Shown here in pieces: positions 1 to 10,797 of a DNA stretch of 55,951 nt. Position 1 is the stretch's first letter. Each line of letters starts with the position of its first letter. The notes beneath the pieces were generated by a model that was given only the letters and a program-made list of their open reading frames with translations, had not been told where the DNA came from and made no database searches. Source of the stretch: a virus. Taxonomy: Duplodnaviria > Heunggongvirae > Uroviricota > Caudoviricetes. The DNA lies in IMG/VR virus record IMGVR_UViG_2690316248_000012, positions 1-55,951 of that record, one strand, 5' to 3'. The position numbers were made by a program, and so were the translations under genes.

Positions 1-258
1 ATGCAAACCGTTATTTTTGGTCGTCCGGGTTGCCCTTACTGTGTGCGTGCAAAAGATCTGGCTGAGAAATTGAGCAATGAACGCGATGATTTCCAGTATC
101 AGTATGTAGATATTCGTGCGGAAGGGATCACTAAAGAAGATCTACAACAAAAGGCAGGTAAACCCGTAGAAACCGTGCCGCAGATTTTTGTCGATCAGCA
201 ACATATCGGCGGCTATACCGATTTTGCTGCATGGGCGAAAGAGAATCTGGACGCCTGA
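1..258 (+). CDS. grxA: glutaredoxin 1
   Basis: 85 aa with CPYC active-site motif; full-length match from memory to E. coli GrxA. Confidence 0.9.
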   Translation: MQTVIFGRPGCPYCVRAKDLAEKLSNERDDFQYQYVDIRAEGITKEDLQQKAGKPVETVPQIFVDQQHIGGYTDFAAWAKENLDA

Positions 259-267
259 TCGTCTGAC

Positions 268-295
268 AAGCCCTCGCGTTGAGGGCTTTATTGAT
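268..295. terminator. GC-rich hairpin plus T-tract between convergent grxA and ybjM
   Basis: gccctcgcgttgagggc stem-loop followed by a T-rich run; bidirectional position. Confidence 0.5.
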
Positions 296-665
296 TTTTT
301 CTGTGCTGTGGTTTAAACAAACTACTGATAAATAAGAAACACAATGCCCCCAGCGCACACCAGAACACCGCACTTAATAACCATGCCAGCTCTTGCCAGA
401 ATGAGCGCGTCGGTGAAAAAAACAGCCGCATAATGAGCATCGAACAGGGTGCCGCCAGCATTGCGCCAAACAGAGGTTTCAGGACTTCTCTACGATGTGA
501 AAAGAAGCTGGCAACTGCACCAGGAAGAATGAAAAATAGCAAACCGATTTCAGGATGCCCGGCAGCCCGAAAAGCGCCTTTCATGTGCGTCGCCAGAAAA
601 AGACACACCACAATGAAGAGGACAAAACAGCAGATTGCCCCCGCCCAACGTTGTTTATGTTTCAC
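288..665 (-). CDS. ybjM: inner membrane protein YbjM
   Basis: 125 aa hydrophobic protein; conserved grxA-ybjM-ybjL neighbourhood of E. coli. Confidence 0.8.
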   Translation of the reverse strand: MKHKQRWAGAICCFVLFIVVCLFLATHMKGAFRAAGHPEIGLLFFILPGAVASFFSHRREVLKPLFGAMLAAPCSMLIMRLFFSPTRSFWQELAWLLSAVFWCALGALCFLFISSLFKPQHRKNQ

Positions 666-934
666 TCGTTCCTCCTGACACTGCGTCTATCGAACACATT
701 TTTCGCCAGTGTGGCGTTCAGTAAGATAAAGCCGCTTCGCATTCCATGCTAATATAGGCCAACGCAATTCATATAGCCGTTGATACCTAATGTGATTACA
801 CTAGTAAAATATATTGTTACTTTACTATCTTTTAGGTGCGCTGAATGAATCTGCGCCCTGAATTCTGGTAAAAAACATTATCGTAAATTACCATTTCTTT
901 CAACAGCTTACTAGTAAACAAGAAGTTAGCCTCC

Positions 935-2620
935 GTGAATATAAACGTCGCCGAATTGTTAAATGGGAATTACATTCTGTTATTATTTGTGGTCCTCGCG
1001 CTTGGGCTATGTCTCGGGAAATTACGACTTGGTTCGATCCAACTGGGTAATTCCATTGGCGTTTTAGTCGTATCGCTGTTATTAGGCCAACAACATTTCA
1101 GCATTAACACCGACGCGCTTAATCTTGGCTTTATGCTGTTTATTTTCTGCGTCGGGGTCGAAGCCGGACCGAACTTTTTTTCCATTTTTTTTCGCGATGG
1201 GAAAAATTACCTAATGTTAGCACTGGTGATGGTTGGCAGTGCGCTGGTGATCGCCTTAGGGTTAGGTAAGCTGTTTGGCTGGGATATTGGCCTGACGGCC
1301 GGTATGTTAGCTGGCTCTATGACGTCGACACCGGTTCTGGTCGGTGCTGGCGATACACTGCGTCATTCCGGCATGGAAAGCAGGCAGCTCTCACTGGCAC
1401 TGGATAATCTGAGCCTCGGGTATGCCTTAACCTATTTAATCGGTCTGGTGAGTTTGATTGTTGGTGCGCGTTACTTGCCGAAATTGCAGCATCAGGACTT
1501 ACAGACCAGCGCCCAGCAAATCGCCCGCGAACGTGGCCTGGACACTGATGCCAACCGTAAGGTTTATTTACCGGTGATCCGCGCCTACCGCGTCGGCCCG
1601 GAGCTGGTGGCCTGGACCGACGGCAAAAATCTGCGTGAACTGGGTATTTATCGACAAACTGGCTGCTACATTGAACGTATTCGACGTAACGGGATTCTGG
1701 CGAATCCAGACGGTGATGCTGTGCTACAAATGGGCGATGAAATAGCGTTGGTAGGCTATCCCGACGCCCACGCACGACTCGATCCCAGCTTCCGTAACGG
1801 CAAAGAAGTTTTCGATCGTGACCTTCTCGACATGCGTATCGTCACTGAAGAAGTGGTCGTTAAAAACCATAACGCCGTGGGCAAACGTCTCGCACAACTG
1901 AAGTTGACCGATCACGGTTGCTTCCTTAACCGCGTCATTCGTAGCCAGATTGAGATGCCGATAGATGACAACGTCGTGCTTAACAAAGGTGACGTTTTAC
2001 AAGTCAGCGGCGATGCCCGTCGCGTAAAAACCATCGCCGATCGCATCGGCTTTATCTCGATTCACAGCCAGGTCACTGACTTGCTGGCATTCTGCGCCTT
2101 CTTTGTTATTGGGCTGATGATCGGGATGATCACCTTCCAGTTCAGCACATTCAGTTTCGGCATGGGGAACGCTGCCGGGTTGTTATTCGCCGGAATTATG
2201 CTGGGATTTATGCGCGCTAACCACCCGACCTTCGGTTACATTCCGCAGGGTGCATTAAGCATGGTGAAAGAGTTCGGCTTAATGGTGTTTATGGCAGGCG
2301 TTGGTCTGAGCGCCGGTAGCGGTATTAATAACGGCCTAGGCGCGATTGGCGGTCAGATGTTGATTGCCGGATTGATTGTCAGTCTTGTGCCAGTGGTTAT
2401 CTGTTTCTTGTTCGGTGCTTATGTATTGCGAATGAACCGCGCACTGTTGTTCGGCGCAATGATGGGCGCACGCACCTGCGCGCCGGCAATGGAGATCATC
2501 AGTGATACAGCTCGCAGTAACATCCCGGCGCTGGGCTATGCGGGCACCTATGCAATCGCCAACGTCCTGCTGACGCTGGCAGGGACAATCATCGTCATGG
2601 TATGGCCAGGATTAGGATAA
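935..2620 (+). CDS. ybjL: putative transporter YbjL (two membrane domains flanking TrkA-C/RCK_C-like domains)
   Basis: 561 aa, GTG start, membrane-cytoplasmic-membrane architecture; matches E. coli YbjL from memory. Confidence 0.85.
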
Positions 2621-2732
2621 AACTGAAGTTGCCCTGAAAATGAAATTTTTTTGCACAACCGCAGAACTTTTCCGCAGGGCATCAGTCTTAATTAGTGCCA
2701 CTGCTTTTCTTTGATGTCCCCATTTTGTGGAG

Positions 2733-2776
2733 CCCATCAACCCCGCCATTTCGGTTCAAGGTTGATGGGTTTTTTG
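2733..2776. terminator. rho-independent terminator-like hairpin at chromosome/prophage junction
   Basis: cccatcaacc ... ggttgatggg stem followed by tttttt; lies between ybjL stop and ogr. Confidence 0.5.
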
Positions 2777-2855
2777 TTGCCTGAAATTTAAGATGTTTAA
2801 AATCATGATGTTAGAAGCACTGTTTTTTAACGATGGCGACAAAATGGCGGCAGCG

Positions 2856-3107
2856 TCAAAGAGAGAGCGCCACCTGTCCTGATTTCATTGGATGCGGCTG
2901 AACTGGATTAGACTCTTTTGGTGTTGCAATCGAACGAACAAAAGTTTCATGGGTAACAAAAGTATGGCTGCAGTTAATGTTCTGGCACTGGTTATAACGC
3001 TCTTTGGTCAATGAAGATACCTGAAAACTGCTGCGAGTATGGGCGGCACTTCCACACAGTGGGCAAATCATCATTTTTCGAGTTCTCCCCATTTTTGCTA
3101 AATTCAC
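2856..3107 (-). CDS. ogr: Ogr/Delta-family zinc-finger late transcription activator
   Basis: 83 aa with CPLCGSAAH...CQNINCSHTF four-Cys pattern as in P2 Ogr; terminal position next to D as in P2. Confidence 0.8.
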   Translation of the reverse strand: MNLAKMGRTRKMMICPLCGSAAHTRSSFQVSSLTKERYNQCQNINCSHTFVTHETFVRSIATPKESNPVQPHPMKSGQVALSL

Positions 3108-3164
3108 AACAATGATACCGTATTATTCCATTTTGCAAACTTAAAAGTTCTCCATTGCGAAGAA

Positions 3165-4265
3165 TCATTCCATTTCGAAATCATCAATCCTCACTTCAAG
3201 CTCCAGACTGGTCGTAAAACCGTTATCCGGGCTGACGGTATGTGTCAGAGTCGTAATGGTCCATTCCGCATCATCTATCGGCTGTTTAAAACCACTGACC
3301 TTCACAGGCATTTCCGTGTAGAGATCTGCCCGCCCTTCCGCCAGTTGTAGCGAGAATGACGCAACGCCACGTTGCAGGCGTTCCCACTGCATTTTCGCTG
3401 CCCGTTCGGCGTTACTCCGATTGGCATAGGTGCGATTGAGTACCAGCACGTTTTCATCCGTACCCACCAGGTAATCACCCTGCTTCACTTCCGGCTCTTT
3501 CTTCTGCTTCTTAGTTCTGCGCTTACGCTTCACCGTGGTGCTTTCTTTCTTCGCAGGTTCGCGGGTATGCAACCAGCTGGCAATGACGCCCGTGTAGGCT
3601 CCGCGATCTGCCAGGGTAAAGCGGTGACTGTCGCCGTCCTTGCGTGTGATAGTGATCACTGGCAGTGGTTTACCAGTGGCGCTTTTGCCCTGCCCCTGCC
3701 GGATGAATAACAGATTGCCATTTTTCACCGACGCGATGGCACCGTACTGTCGCGCCAGCCGCATCAGAAAACTGCCGTCACTCTCATTAGTCTGGTCTAT
3801 ATGCTCCACGGGCTTATCCGACAGGTCTTTACCCAGTGCCATCTTCAGCTTGTGACGCGCGGCTATTTCCTTAACCACTTCCCCGATGGTGGTGTTATGC
3901 CACGATTTTTCACGGCGGGTATTCAGGGTTTCCCGAAAATCAGCACTTCGCGCCCGGATAGTCAGGCGGTCCGGTGCGCCAGTGTGTTCAATCTCGTCCA
4001 CCGTGAATGCCCCTTTCGGGAAAAGCGGCTGCCCCTTCCAGCCCAGCGCCAGCGTAATGACCGCACCACGGCGCGGCAGCACGATTTTTCCGTCAGCGTC
4101 GTCCAGCTCCAGATCAAGCTGGTCCGCTTCAAAGCCCCGGTTATCCGTCAGCGTAAGCCCCATCAGGCGGTTGTCCAGCACAGTGGTGATATCCTTGCCT
4201 GCAATACTGATGCTGAATGCCGGAGTTTTGTTGCTTTTGTTAAGCAGTTCAGAGCTGAAATTCAC
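3165..4265 (-). CDS. D: P2 gpD-like tail protein (late control D)
   Basis: 366 aa; position after U and before ogr; a paralogous gpD-like protein occurs at 50662-51834. Confidence 0.8.
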   Translation of the reverse strand: MNFSSELLNKSNKTPAFSISIAGKDITTVLDNRLMGLTLTDNRGFEADQLDLELDDADGKIVLPRRGAVITLALGWKGQPLFPKGAFTVDEIEHTGAPDRLTIRARSADFRETLNTRREKSWHNTTIGEVVKEIAARHKLKMALGKDLSDKPVEHIDQTNESDGSFLMRLARQYGAIASVKNGNLLFIRQGQGKSATGKPLPVITITRKDGDSHRFTLADRGAYTGVIASWLHTREPAKKESTTVKRKRRTKKQKKEPEVKQGDYLVGTDENVLVLNRTYANRSNAERAAKMQWERLQRGVASFSLQLAEGRADLYTEMPVKVSGFKQPIDDAEWTITTLTHTVSPDNGFTTSLELEVRIDDFEME

Positions 4266-4747
4266 GACAGCAGCCCTCCAACCGTTTTACTGATATCGCT
4301 TAAAGCAGACGTTGCCGTGTCCTGCAGATTATTCAGTTGAGTACTGAGATCACCGAACATATCGGACAGGGATTCATCCACCCGTTTTAGCGACAGGGTG
4401 AACTCAATCCGGCGCGGCATACCGTCGCGGAAAAACTCCGTTTTAGTCTGATTCAGTCCCTCAATCACATACATGCCGTAAATCGTGCCGCTTCCTTCAA
4501 TCAGGGGCCATGCTTTCCCCTGTTCTGCCATCTGCTCCAGTGCCAGTAACGACAGCCTGCCGCCTGTTATCTCCGGCATAAGAACACCGGAAAGCGTCAG
4601 CATGTCGTTTTCCGGTCCCAGAAACTGCGTGGACGGACGACGGTTTACCCTGCTGTTTGCCGCATGTCGCCAGCTGCGTTGATACTGCAGCTCCTGATAC
4701 GGCACGGTGCGCAGCATAAACACGTACAATCCCAGCACCATCATCAT
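4262..4747 (-). CDS. U: P2 gpU-like tail protein
   Basis: 161 aa; start overlaps the tape-measure stop; P2 gene order T-U-D. Confidence 0.8.
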   Translation of the reverse strand: MMMVLGLYVFMLRTVPYQELQYQRSWRHAANSRVNRRPSTQFLGPENDMLTLSGVLMPEITGGRLSLLALEQMAEQGKAWPLIEGSGTIYGMYVIEGLNQTKTEFFRDGMPRRIEFTLSLKRVDESLSDMFGDLSTQLNNLQDTATSALSDISKTVGGLLS

Positions 4748-7700
4748 GCGTCGTATCCCCCCTGATCGCTGTAGTTACTCCTGGCTTTTGCCTTCAGCCT
4801 GCGTTCACGTTCATCAAGCTGACGGGCCACCTCCCGCGCAATATCCTGCGCACTTTGTCCTGGCTGCGTCTGAATGATGATCTGCGTCGGTGCCTCAATC
4901 CGTTGAACGGGCGGCACAGTGGCTGCACGACTCACCATCGCTTCGCCGCCTTTCGCGGGAAGTGCCAAAGGATGTAACGGTGGAAGCTCTGCAGGCGCGG
5001 CAGCAACGCCCATCATTCCGGCAACAACAGCAGCCAGTGCAGCGGTATTTTTCCGGCTGGTCACATTTGCCGGGCCGTTAACAATTTCCGGCCCGTTTTC
5101 ACCGACGATGCCAAACTGCCCGCGCGGGATATAGCCGCCGCTGTCATACATCCCCGCAAAGCCATATCCCCATGACGGAAAACCACCCGATGGCATCATC
5201 ACTTTGCCGTCTGCATTCACCGTCGCAGGTTGCTGACGCGTCACGCGTTCCGGCAGTTTTGCCTTTGCGGCCTCTTTACTGACAATGCCGAGTTTTTCCA
5301 GCAACCAGGATACGCCGGATTTCAGGGAGTCCAGCGGATGCATGACCATATTCAGTCCTTCCGCCAGTGCCTCCCCGAATCGTTGCCCCATTGCCGCTGC
5401 GCTCTGCAGTTCAGCAGAGGTCGACTTAACGGGCGTCAGCAGATCAGTAAACCAGCCCCACAACGCCTGCACTTTGTCGCCAATCCACTGGAACACAGGC
5501 TTAAGTGGTTCGAATGCGGCACTGACGGGACCAGCCGCTGCTTTGAATCCTTCCACCACGCCACCGAGAAATGCGGTGATGGGTTGCCAGTATTTCCAGA
5601 CAACCAGTGCCACACCCGCCAGTGCTGTAACCACAAGACCTATTGGACTAAGCAGAGCACCTAACAGACCAGATACGGCATACAGGGCAACGCGCAACAT
5701 CGCCAGTGGACCAGATGCCAGTACTCGCAGCACCGCGCCTGCGGCGGTCAGTCCACCGCGTAGTGCTGCCAGTGGATTCATAAACATCACAGCAACCGCA
5801 CGTAAACCGGATAATCCAGACCGCAACAGTGCAACCGGCGCACCTGCTACAGTTTTCAGGACATTTCCCGTCAGTGATGCCGTGCGGCGCAAAGACGACA
5901 ACGGCGCAGTAAGTAAACCCGCGGCGTTGCCCGATGAAGCAAGCCCGCGTCGCAGCTGTGCCAGTGGTGCGCCAGCCAGCCAGGACAACGCGCTGCTGGT
6001 TCGAGTTACTGCTGCCGTAACGGAAGGTAACGTTTTGATACCCAGCACAGAGAATCCCAGACGGATCACTGCCAGCGGCCCCAGCACTGCAGCCAGCGCT
6101 ACCGCTAAGGTGCCGAGGCCTACGGTAACCGCAGCCACCACAGCGGCTACTTTCATCAGTGTGCCTGTCAGTCCCGGGTTAGCTTCCACCCAGCGGCGCA
6201 ACGCCCCCGTGATGCTTTTCACCGTGTACAGAATATCCATCAGCGGCTGGCGCAGCGTCTCGCCCAGGCTGCTGAAGGTGTTCTGCGCTCCGGTTTTGAT
6301 CAGCAACCACTGCGCAGAAAGTGAGTCCTTGTTAATGTCGGATTCTTTCTGCATGGAAGCGAGCGCATCATTGCCCGCTGTCAGTTTTAGCTGGCGCTGC
6401 AGTTCCGGAAGGTTGTTTGCCAGTTTCGCCGCGTCATCACCAAACTCTTTACCAAACAACATGGTCATGGCAGACAGACGCTTGTCCTGCGGCAGTGCGT
6501 TCACCTTCTCCAGCACACGCTGGATAGTTCCCATCGCATCCTTCGTCATCTGCTTTTCAATCACTTCAGGATTGAGTTTCAGCAGATTCATCCCTTCAAA
6601 GAAACTCTTGCTTTGCATGGTGGCAATGGACAATTCACGCACCATCGCGTTTGCTGCACTGGCTGCAACCTCCGGCGCAGCGCCCAGTGTCAGAAAGGTG
6701 GAACCCAGTGCCGCCGCTTTACGATAATCCAGACGGTCAGCCACACCGCCCAGACGTTGCATCACATCAATGATGTCCGCCCCTTTCGACATGGCGTTAT
6801 CATCCAGATAGTTCAGTGCATCGCCGAGCTGTTCAATATTGCGGGTAGGTATTTTGTAGAGCTGGGCGATTTTCCCCAGACTTTCTGACAGTTCATCCGC
6901 TGGCAGCTCAAAGGCTGTTGCCGCCTTTGCTGCCGTACTGGCGAAGGCCAGCAGGTCACGTTTCTGGTCTTCCCAGCTGTCGTCAGGGTTTGCGACGTTC
7001 ATGCGCGCACCACCTTCAACCAGTGCAGCGAAGTCCACCGCACCGTTTTCCATCGGCAACTGTTCGCTGGCAGCCTTGATGGCATCCTGCATTTCATAAA
7101 AACGTACAGTGCGGTTGCCATTATCGTCACGCAGACCATTGACCTGCTTTGCCACACCTTTCATGGCATCTTCCATGCTGGTATAGCTTTTTACTGCCGC
7201 CATCACTGGCGCACCCATTGCCAGCCCTGCAGCCGTGGTAGTGGCTCCGGCTCCTGCGATGCGATCGCGCACTTCAAGCCGTCTTGAGTATTGTTCTCTG
7301 GCAGCGTTCATCCGTGCCTGTTGTTCACCCAGACGTTTAAGTGCTTTTTGCTGACCCTCCAGTGCCTGCCTTGTTTCTTCAGCATTTTTCTTAAGTTCTC
7401 GCTGGGCACTACTGAGTTGTCTGGTATCAATCCCTGATTCTTTAAGTGCCTGACGTTGTCTTTGGACCGCCCCCAACAAGCCGTTATAGGTCTGCTGAAG
7501 TTCCTGTACTCGTGTTTTGGCCTGACTGAATAACTTTGCCTGCGCGGCGGTTGGCCTGTTAGTGGCAGCAAATTGTGTGGCGAGTTTTGCCGCCTCTTCG
7601 CGGGCTGCGTTCAGGTTGTTGGCTGTTATGGCTAGTTGCGAGCGCGTCTTGCGAAATTCATCAATTCTGCCAGCCTGCTTATTCAGTTCTTTGAGGCTGT

Positions 7701-7821
7701 TTCGGGTATTCTGAATTGCGCCAGCCAGCTCTTTCGAACTGGCCTGTGCAGCACGGAATGGGCGGGTGAGTTTGTCAACCGCATTAAGAATGACCTGCAG
7801 GCGCAGGTTATTATCACTCAT
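4744..7821 (-). CDS. T: tail tape measure protein (gpT-like)
   Basis: 1025 aa, coiled-coil-rich N-terminus, Ala/Gly-rich hydrophobic middle; follows E/E'. Confidence 0.85.
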   Translation of the reverse strand: MSDNNLRLQVILNAVDKLTRPFRAAQASSKELAGAIQNTRNSLKELNKQAGRIDEFRKTRSQLAITANNLNAAREEAAKLATQFAATNRPTAAQAKLFSQAKTRVQELQQTYNGLLGAVQRQRQALKESGIDTRQLSSAQRELKKNAEETRQALEGQQKALKRLGEQQARMNAAREQYSRRLEVRDRIAGAGATTTAAGLAMGAPVMAAVKSYTSMEDAMKGVAKQVNGLRDDNGNRTVRFYEMQDAIKAASEQLPMENGAVDFAALVEGGARMNVANPDDSWEDQKRDLLAFASTAAKAATAFELPADELSESLGKIAQLYKIPTRNIEQLGDALNYLDDNAMSKGADIIDVMQRLGGVADRLDYRKAAALGSTFLTLGAAPEVAASAANAMVRELSIATMQSKSFFEGMNLLKLNPEVIEKQMTKDAMGTIQRVLEKVNALPQDKRLSAMTMLFGKEFGDDAAKLANNLPELQRQLKLTAGNDALASMQKESDINKDSLSAQWLLIKTGAQNTFSSLGETLRQPLMDILYTVKSITGALRRWVEANPGLTGTLMKVAAVVAAVTVGLGTLAVALAAVLGPLAVIRLGFSVLGIKTLPSVTAAVTRTSSALSWLAGAPLAQLRRGLASSGNAAGLLTAPLSSLRRTASLTGNVLKTVAGAPVALLRSGLSGLRAVAVMFMNPLAALRGGLTAAGAVLRVLASGPLAMLRVALYAVSGLLGALLSPIGLVVTALAGVALVVWKYWQPITAFLGGVVEGFKAAAGPVSAAFEPLKPVFQWIGDKVQALWGWFTDLLTPVKSTSAELQSAAAMGQRFGEALAEGLNMVMHPLDSLKSGVSWLLEKLGIVSKEAAKAKLPERVTRQQPATVNADGKVMMPSGGFPSWGYGFAGMYDSGGYIPRGQFGIVGENGPEIVNGPANVTSRKNTAALAAVVAGMMGVAAAPAELPPLHPLALPAKGGEAMVSRAATVPPVQRIEAPTQIIIQTQPGQSAQDIAREVARQLDERERRLKAKARSNYSDQGGYDA

Positions 7822-8250
7822 CGTTGGCCCCGCTTCTCTGAATCGCTTTATACCGCCATTCCAGCACTTCGGTCAGCGCCATAACGTCAGTAACGGATGG
7901 CGGCCAGTGAAAGATGGTGGCGATATCAGCCACCAGATCGTCAACCGTCAGGCTGTCGGTAAACCGGCAAGCACCGACTTCTTCAACAAAAAAGTGACAA
8001 CCTCAACCGACATGGCAGTGAGATCTGCCGGGTCCATCTCTGCAATTTCCTGTGCAGTCAGTGCCGGACTGGAGATGCGGGGGATCACGGTCATCATCGC
8101 GTTCACATCCATATCCATAATGGCCTGCAGGCGTGTACCGCGCAGCGCACCGGACTGCGGTTTACGCAGCACAATTTCGGTAATTTCTGTTTTACCGCGC
8201 TTGATAGGGGTATCCAGTTGAATGGTCTTTTCAGTCTGCTTATCGCTCAT
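7814..8250 (-). CDS. gpE+E' frameshift product (programmed -1 frameshift at TTTTTTG)
   Basis: Hand translation: -1 slip at the T6G heptamer (plus coords about 7987-7993) opens a frame running to a TGA at 7814-7816, overlapping the T start codon; classic P2 E/E' arrangement. Confidence 0.6.
7948..8250 (-). CDS. E: tail assembly chaperone gpE
   Basis: 100 aa ORF immediately upstream of the tape measure gene; contains a TTTTTTG slippery site near its 3' end. Confidence 0.75.
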   Translation of the reverse strand: MSDKQTEKTIQLDTPIKRGKTEITEIVLRKPQSGALRGTRLQAIMDMDVNAMMTVIPRISSPALTAQEIAEMDPADLTAMSVEVVTFLLKKSVLAGLPTA

Positions 8251-8304
8251 TTTGTTGTCCTGTAAATTGGGTTCTGGCGCGGCATTCCGCGCCGTTCAGA
8301 TACA

Positions 8305-8820
8305 TCAGAGGCCGAGAGCGTTGCGGTGCGCTTCCATCAGGTCCACACCGTCCACAATTTCCACCATGTTGATAAGGTCCACTTCATAGAGCACCTCACC
8401 ATTGATGGTCAGCTTCGCGTAGCTGTTGGTACTGGTCACTTTGGTGGTGTTGCTTTCGCCCGTCTTCCACTCACCGGAATCCACTTCTTTGTGACGTCCA
8501 CGCACCACAAGCTCCACGGCCTGCACTTCCCCGGTATCGTCACGCTGGATAGAGCCGGTAAAGCGCAACTGGATGCCATCCACCGTGGCTTTGCCTATCT
8601 GCTTAAACAGCAGCAGTTCAGTACCACCAATGGAAAATTCTGTGTCCAGCGCACTGTCATCAAGCCCCAGATCCACATCCACTGCCCCCGGCATTCCGCC
8701 GCCGCGATACTTCTCATATTTGCGGGTGAATTTCGGCAGCGTCAGCGACTCAACGATCCCCTGCCAGTTGTTCCCGTCGTTAAACAGGTTCAGGTGTTTT
8801 AATTTGCGTGGTAAAGCCAT
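8305..8820 (-). CDS. FII: tail tube protein (gpFII-like)
   Basis: 171 aa; directly downstream of sheath gene as in P2. Confidence 0.8.
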   Translation of the reverse strand: MALPRKLKHLNLFNDGNNWQGIVESLTLPKFTRKYEKYRGGGMPGAVDVDLGLDDSALDTEFSIGGTELLLFKQIGKATVDGIQLRFTGSIQRDDTGEVQAVELVVRGRHKEVDSGEWKTGESNTTKVTSTNSYAKLTINGEVLYEVDLINMVEIVDGVDLMEAHRNALGL

Positions 8821-8829
8821 GTTGTCCCC

Positions 8830-10002
8830 TTACGCGCTGACCTGGCTGGCGAAATTCACCAGGTACTGATCGGTGATGCGCTGACGCAACATCAGGTTTT
8901 CAAGTGGCGGCACTGGCGTGTAGTCGTAGTCGATGGTGAGTTTTCCGGCTTTCAGAGTGTCTTTGTCGTTCACCGACTCATCCAGCCAGCAATCACCACC
9001 AATGAGATACCCCTGACTGACCAGGCTGCGCATTTTGGCGCGGATGCCCTCGATAATGTCGCGCGCCAGCGACGGGTTCAGCGGTTTGTCCACTGCCCAC
9101 ATGTGCGCTTCTGCCATTGTGTCCGTCAGCACCTGCGCCGTGCGGGTGTAGTTTTCGAAGGCAAAGAGCGGGTCATCACTCAGGCAGCGGGAACCCCAGA
9201 AGCGAAAACCGTCTTTGCGGATAAGGGTGGTGACGTCGTTCTGGTTCAGCAGTCCCGCATCGCTTGCCGGGTCCTGCAGATCCCAGAACACATCAGCAGA
9301 AATTCCGGTGACACCGTTAACGCCTACGTTGGACAGGCTTTTGTGCCATCCGGTCTGCTCGTCAATTTTGGCGCGCAGACCAAGCGCACGGGCGGTGGCA
9401 TAAGCCGTTGCTTCGGCATTCAGCACCGTGTCCCAGCCAGTAAAGTCGGGCCAGATCAGCATTCCTTCACGCTGACTGAAGTTTTCACGGTAAGTGATTG
9501 CTTCCTGCACCGTCTTGCAACCATACGCTGACAGGTAAGCAAATCCACGCAGGCTTTGCGCCACGCTCAGCAACTCAGTAGCTACCGCCTTCGTGTCGTG
9601 ACCTGGCACGCCGAGAATGCGCGGTTTAACGCCGAGCTGTGACTGGGCAGATAACAGGGCTTTCATGCCTGTTTTTTTACCTTCAGCAGTCACTGCGCCG
9701 ATGATATTGGTCGTGGTTTCTTCTTCCGTTTCACCCTGCGGCACACGCACAACAACGGTCACGGGTTTTGCCTGGTCAGCGATGGCATCCAGCGAACGGG
9801 CCAGCGTACCGGACTCGCCCGCTTTACCGCTGGCAGTCAGCACATCAGTGATCAGCACGGGTTTATTAAGAGGAAACATTTTTGCATCGGCATCATCGCC
9901 CGTGCAGACCATACCCACGATGGCGGTGCTCACCGTGGTAATGGATCGGGTGCCTTCGTTGACTTCAACAACGCGCACTCCGTGGTGGTAATCCTGAGCC
10001 AT
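8830..10002 (-). CDS. FI: contractile tail sheath protein (gpFI-like)
   Basis: 390 aa; size and position match P2 FI. Confidence 0.85.
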   Translation of the reverse strand: MAQDYHHGVRVVEVNEGTRSITTVSTAIVGMVCTGDDADAKMFPLNKPVLITDVLTASGKAGESGTLARSLDAIADQAKPVTVVVRVPQGETEEETTTNIIGAVTAEGKKTGMKALLSAQSQLGVKPRILGVPGHDTKAVATELLSVAQSLRGFAYLSAYGCKTVQEAITYRENFSQREGMLIWPDFTGWDTVLNAEATAYATARALGLRAKIDEQTGWHKSLSNVGVNGVTGISADVFWDLQDPASDAGLLNQNDVTTLIRKDGFRFWGSRCLSDDPLFAFENYTRTAQVLTDTMAEAHMWAVDKPLNPSLARDIIEGIRAKMRSLVSQGYLIGGDCWLDESVNDKDTLKAGKLTIDYDYTPVPPLENLMLRQRITDQYLVNFASQVSA

Positions 10003-10078
10003 AGTGGCGAACCTCCTGATTGGATTAGGCTTCGCCCTATGTTGAAGTGATTGTGCCTGACAAACAGCTAAGCGCAGT

Positions 10079-10096
10079 TGTACCGTTATTCACACA
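10079..10096. promoter_or_regulatory. TGT-N12-ACA element upstream of FI (candidate Ogr-dependent late promoter box)
   Basis: tgt accgttattcac aca read directly; centred about 85 bp upstream of the FI start codon; P2 late promoters carry this dyad near -55. Confidence 0.4.
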
Positions 10097-10144
10097 AAAT
10101 GACGGTATTTGTCTGCTTTCAGGGATAATCAAAATAAAGCTGAT

Positions 10145-10717
10145 TCAGGGAGATTCATTGCTCTTATTTGCCGGAAATTTTCTATAAATGGTAGAAACGC
10201 CTACATCAAAAATCAGTGCAATACGCTGTCTTGATTCTCCGGCCTCGAGTAAACGCCCAATCTGTGCCCACTGTTCGGTAGTCAACTTAGGACGGCGTCC
10301 ACCTACTCTGCCTTTAGCACGAGCTGCAGCCAGCCCTGCCCTGGTACGTTCAACTATCAGTTCGCGTTCCATTTCAGCCAGGGCACCCATGACATGAAAA
10401 AAGAAACTGCCCATTGGGGTACTGGTATCAATACTGTCAGTCAGACTTCGGAAATTCACGCCGCGCTGGCGCAACTCTTCTATCAGCGTAACAAGATGCC
10501 GCATACTGCGCCCCAACCTGTCCAGCTTCCAGACAACCAGTGTGTCACCTGCCGATAGTGTCCTGAGCAGTTTTTTAAGCCCCGGTCTGTCGGACTTAGT
10601 GCCACTGATTTTGTCCTCAAAAATCCGCTCACATCCCGCGCAGTTCAGCGCACTACGTTGCAAATCGGTGTTCTGGTCATTTGTTGACACGCGTACATAG
10701 CCAATAAGCATGATCAT
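10145..10717 (-). CDS. serine DNA invertase (Gin/Pin/Hin/Cin family)
   Basis: 190 aa; N-terminal GYVRVSTNDQ catalytic serine motif, C-terminal HTH; adjacent to the invertible segment. Confidence 0.9.
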   Translation of the reverse strand: MIMLIGYVRVSTNDQNTDLQRSALNCAGCERIFEDKISGTKSDRPGLKKLLRTLSAGDTLVVWKLDRLGRSMRHLVTLIEELRQRGVNFRSLTDSIDTSTPMGSFFFHVMGALAEMERELIVERTRAGLAAARAKGRVGGRRPKLTTEQWAQIGRLLEAGESRQRIALIFDVGVSTIYRKFPANKSNESP

Positions 10718-10797
10718 CTCCTTGAATAAAAACCGGGGATGATGCCAGTTAGTCGTAATCGCTGCATTTTCTTAAACGTTGGTTTAGGAGAAGGCTC

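Noticed and set aside
2621-2855. tRNA or other attachment-site gene at the chromosome/prophage boundary
   Set aside because: No cloverleaf-like sequence seen by eye; only a hairpin terminator. The exact att core cannot be defined without the other prophage end.
3801-4340. 179-aa and 135-aa plus-strand ORFs
   Set aside because: Antisense to the gpD-like gene, which has operon context and a paralogue elsewhere in the window.
5285-6727. 480-aa plus-strand ORF
   Set aside because: Lies entirely antisense to the P2-like tape measure gene; low-complexity Ala/Ser/Pro-rich translation typical of a GC-rich antisense frame.
10145-10717. Possible prophage integrase
   Set aside because: It is a small serine invertase (about 190 aa, Gin/Pin-type) beside an invertible segment, not an integrase; no tyrosine or large serine integrase was found in the window.
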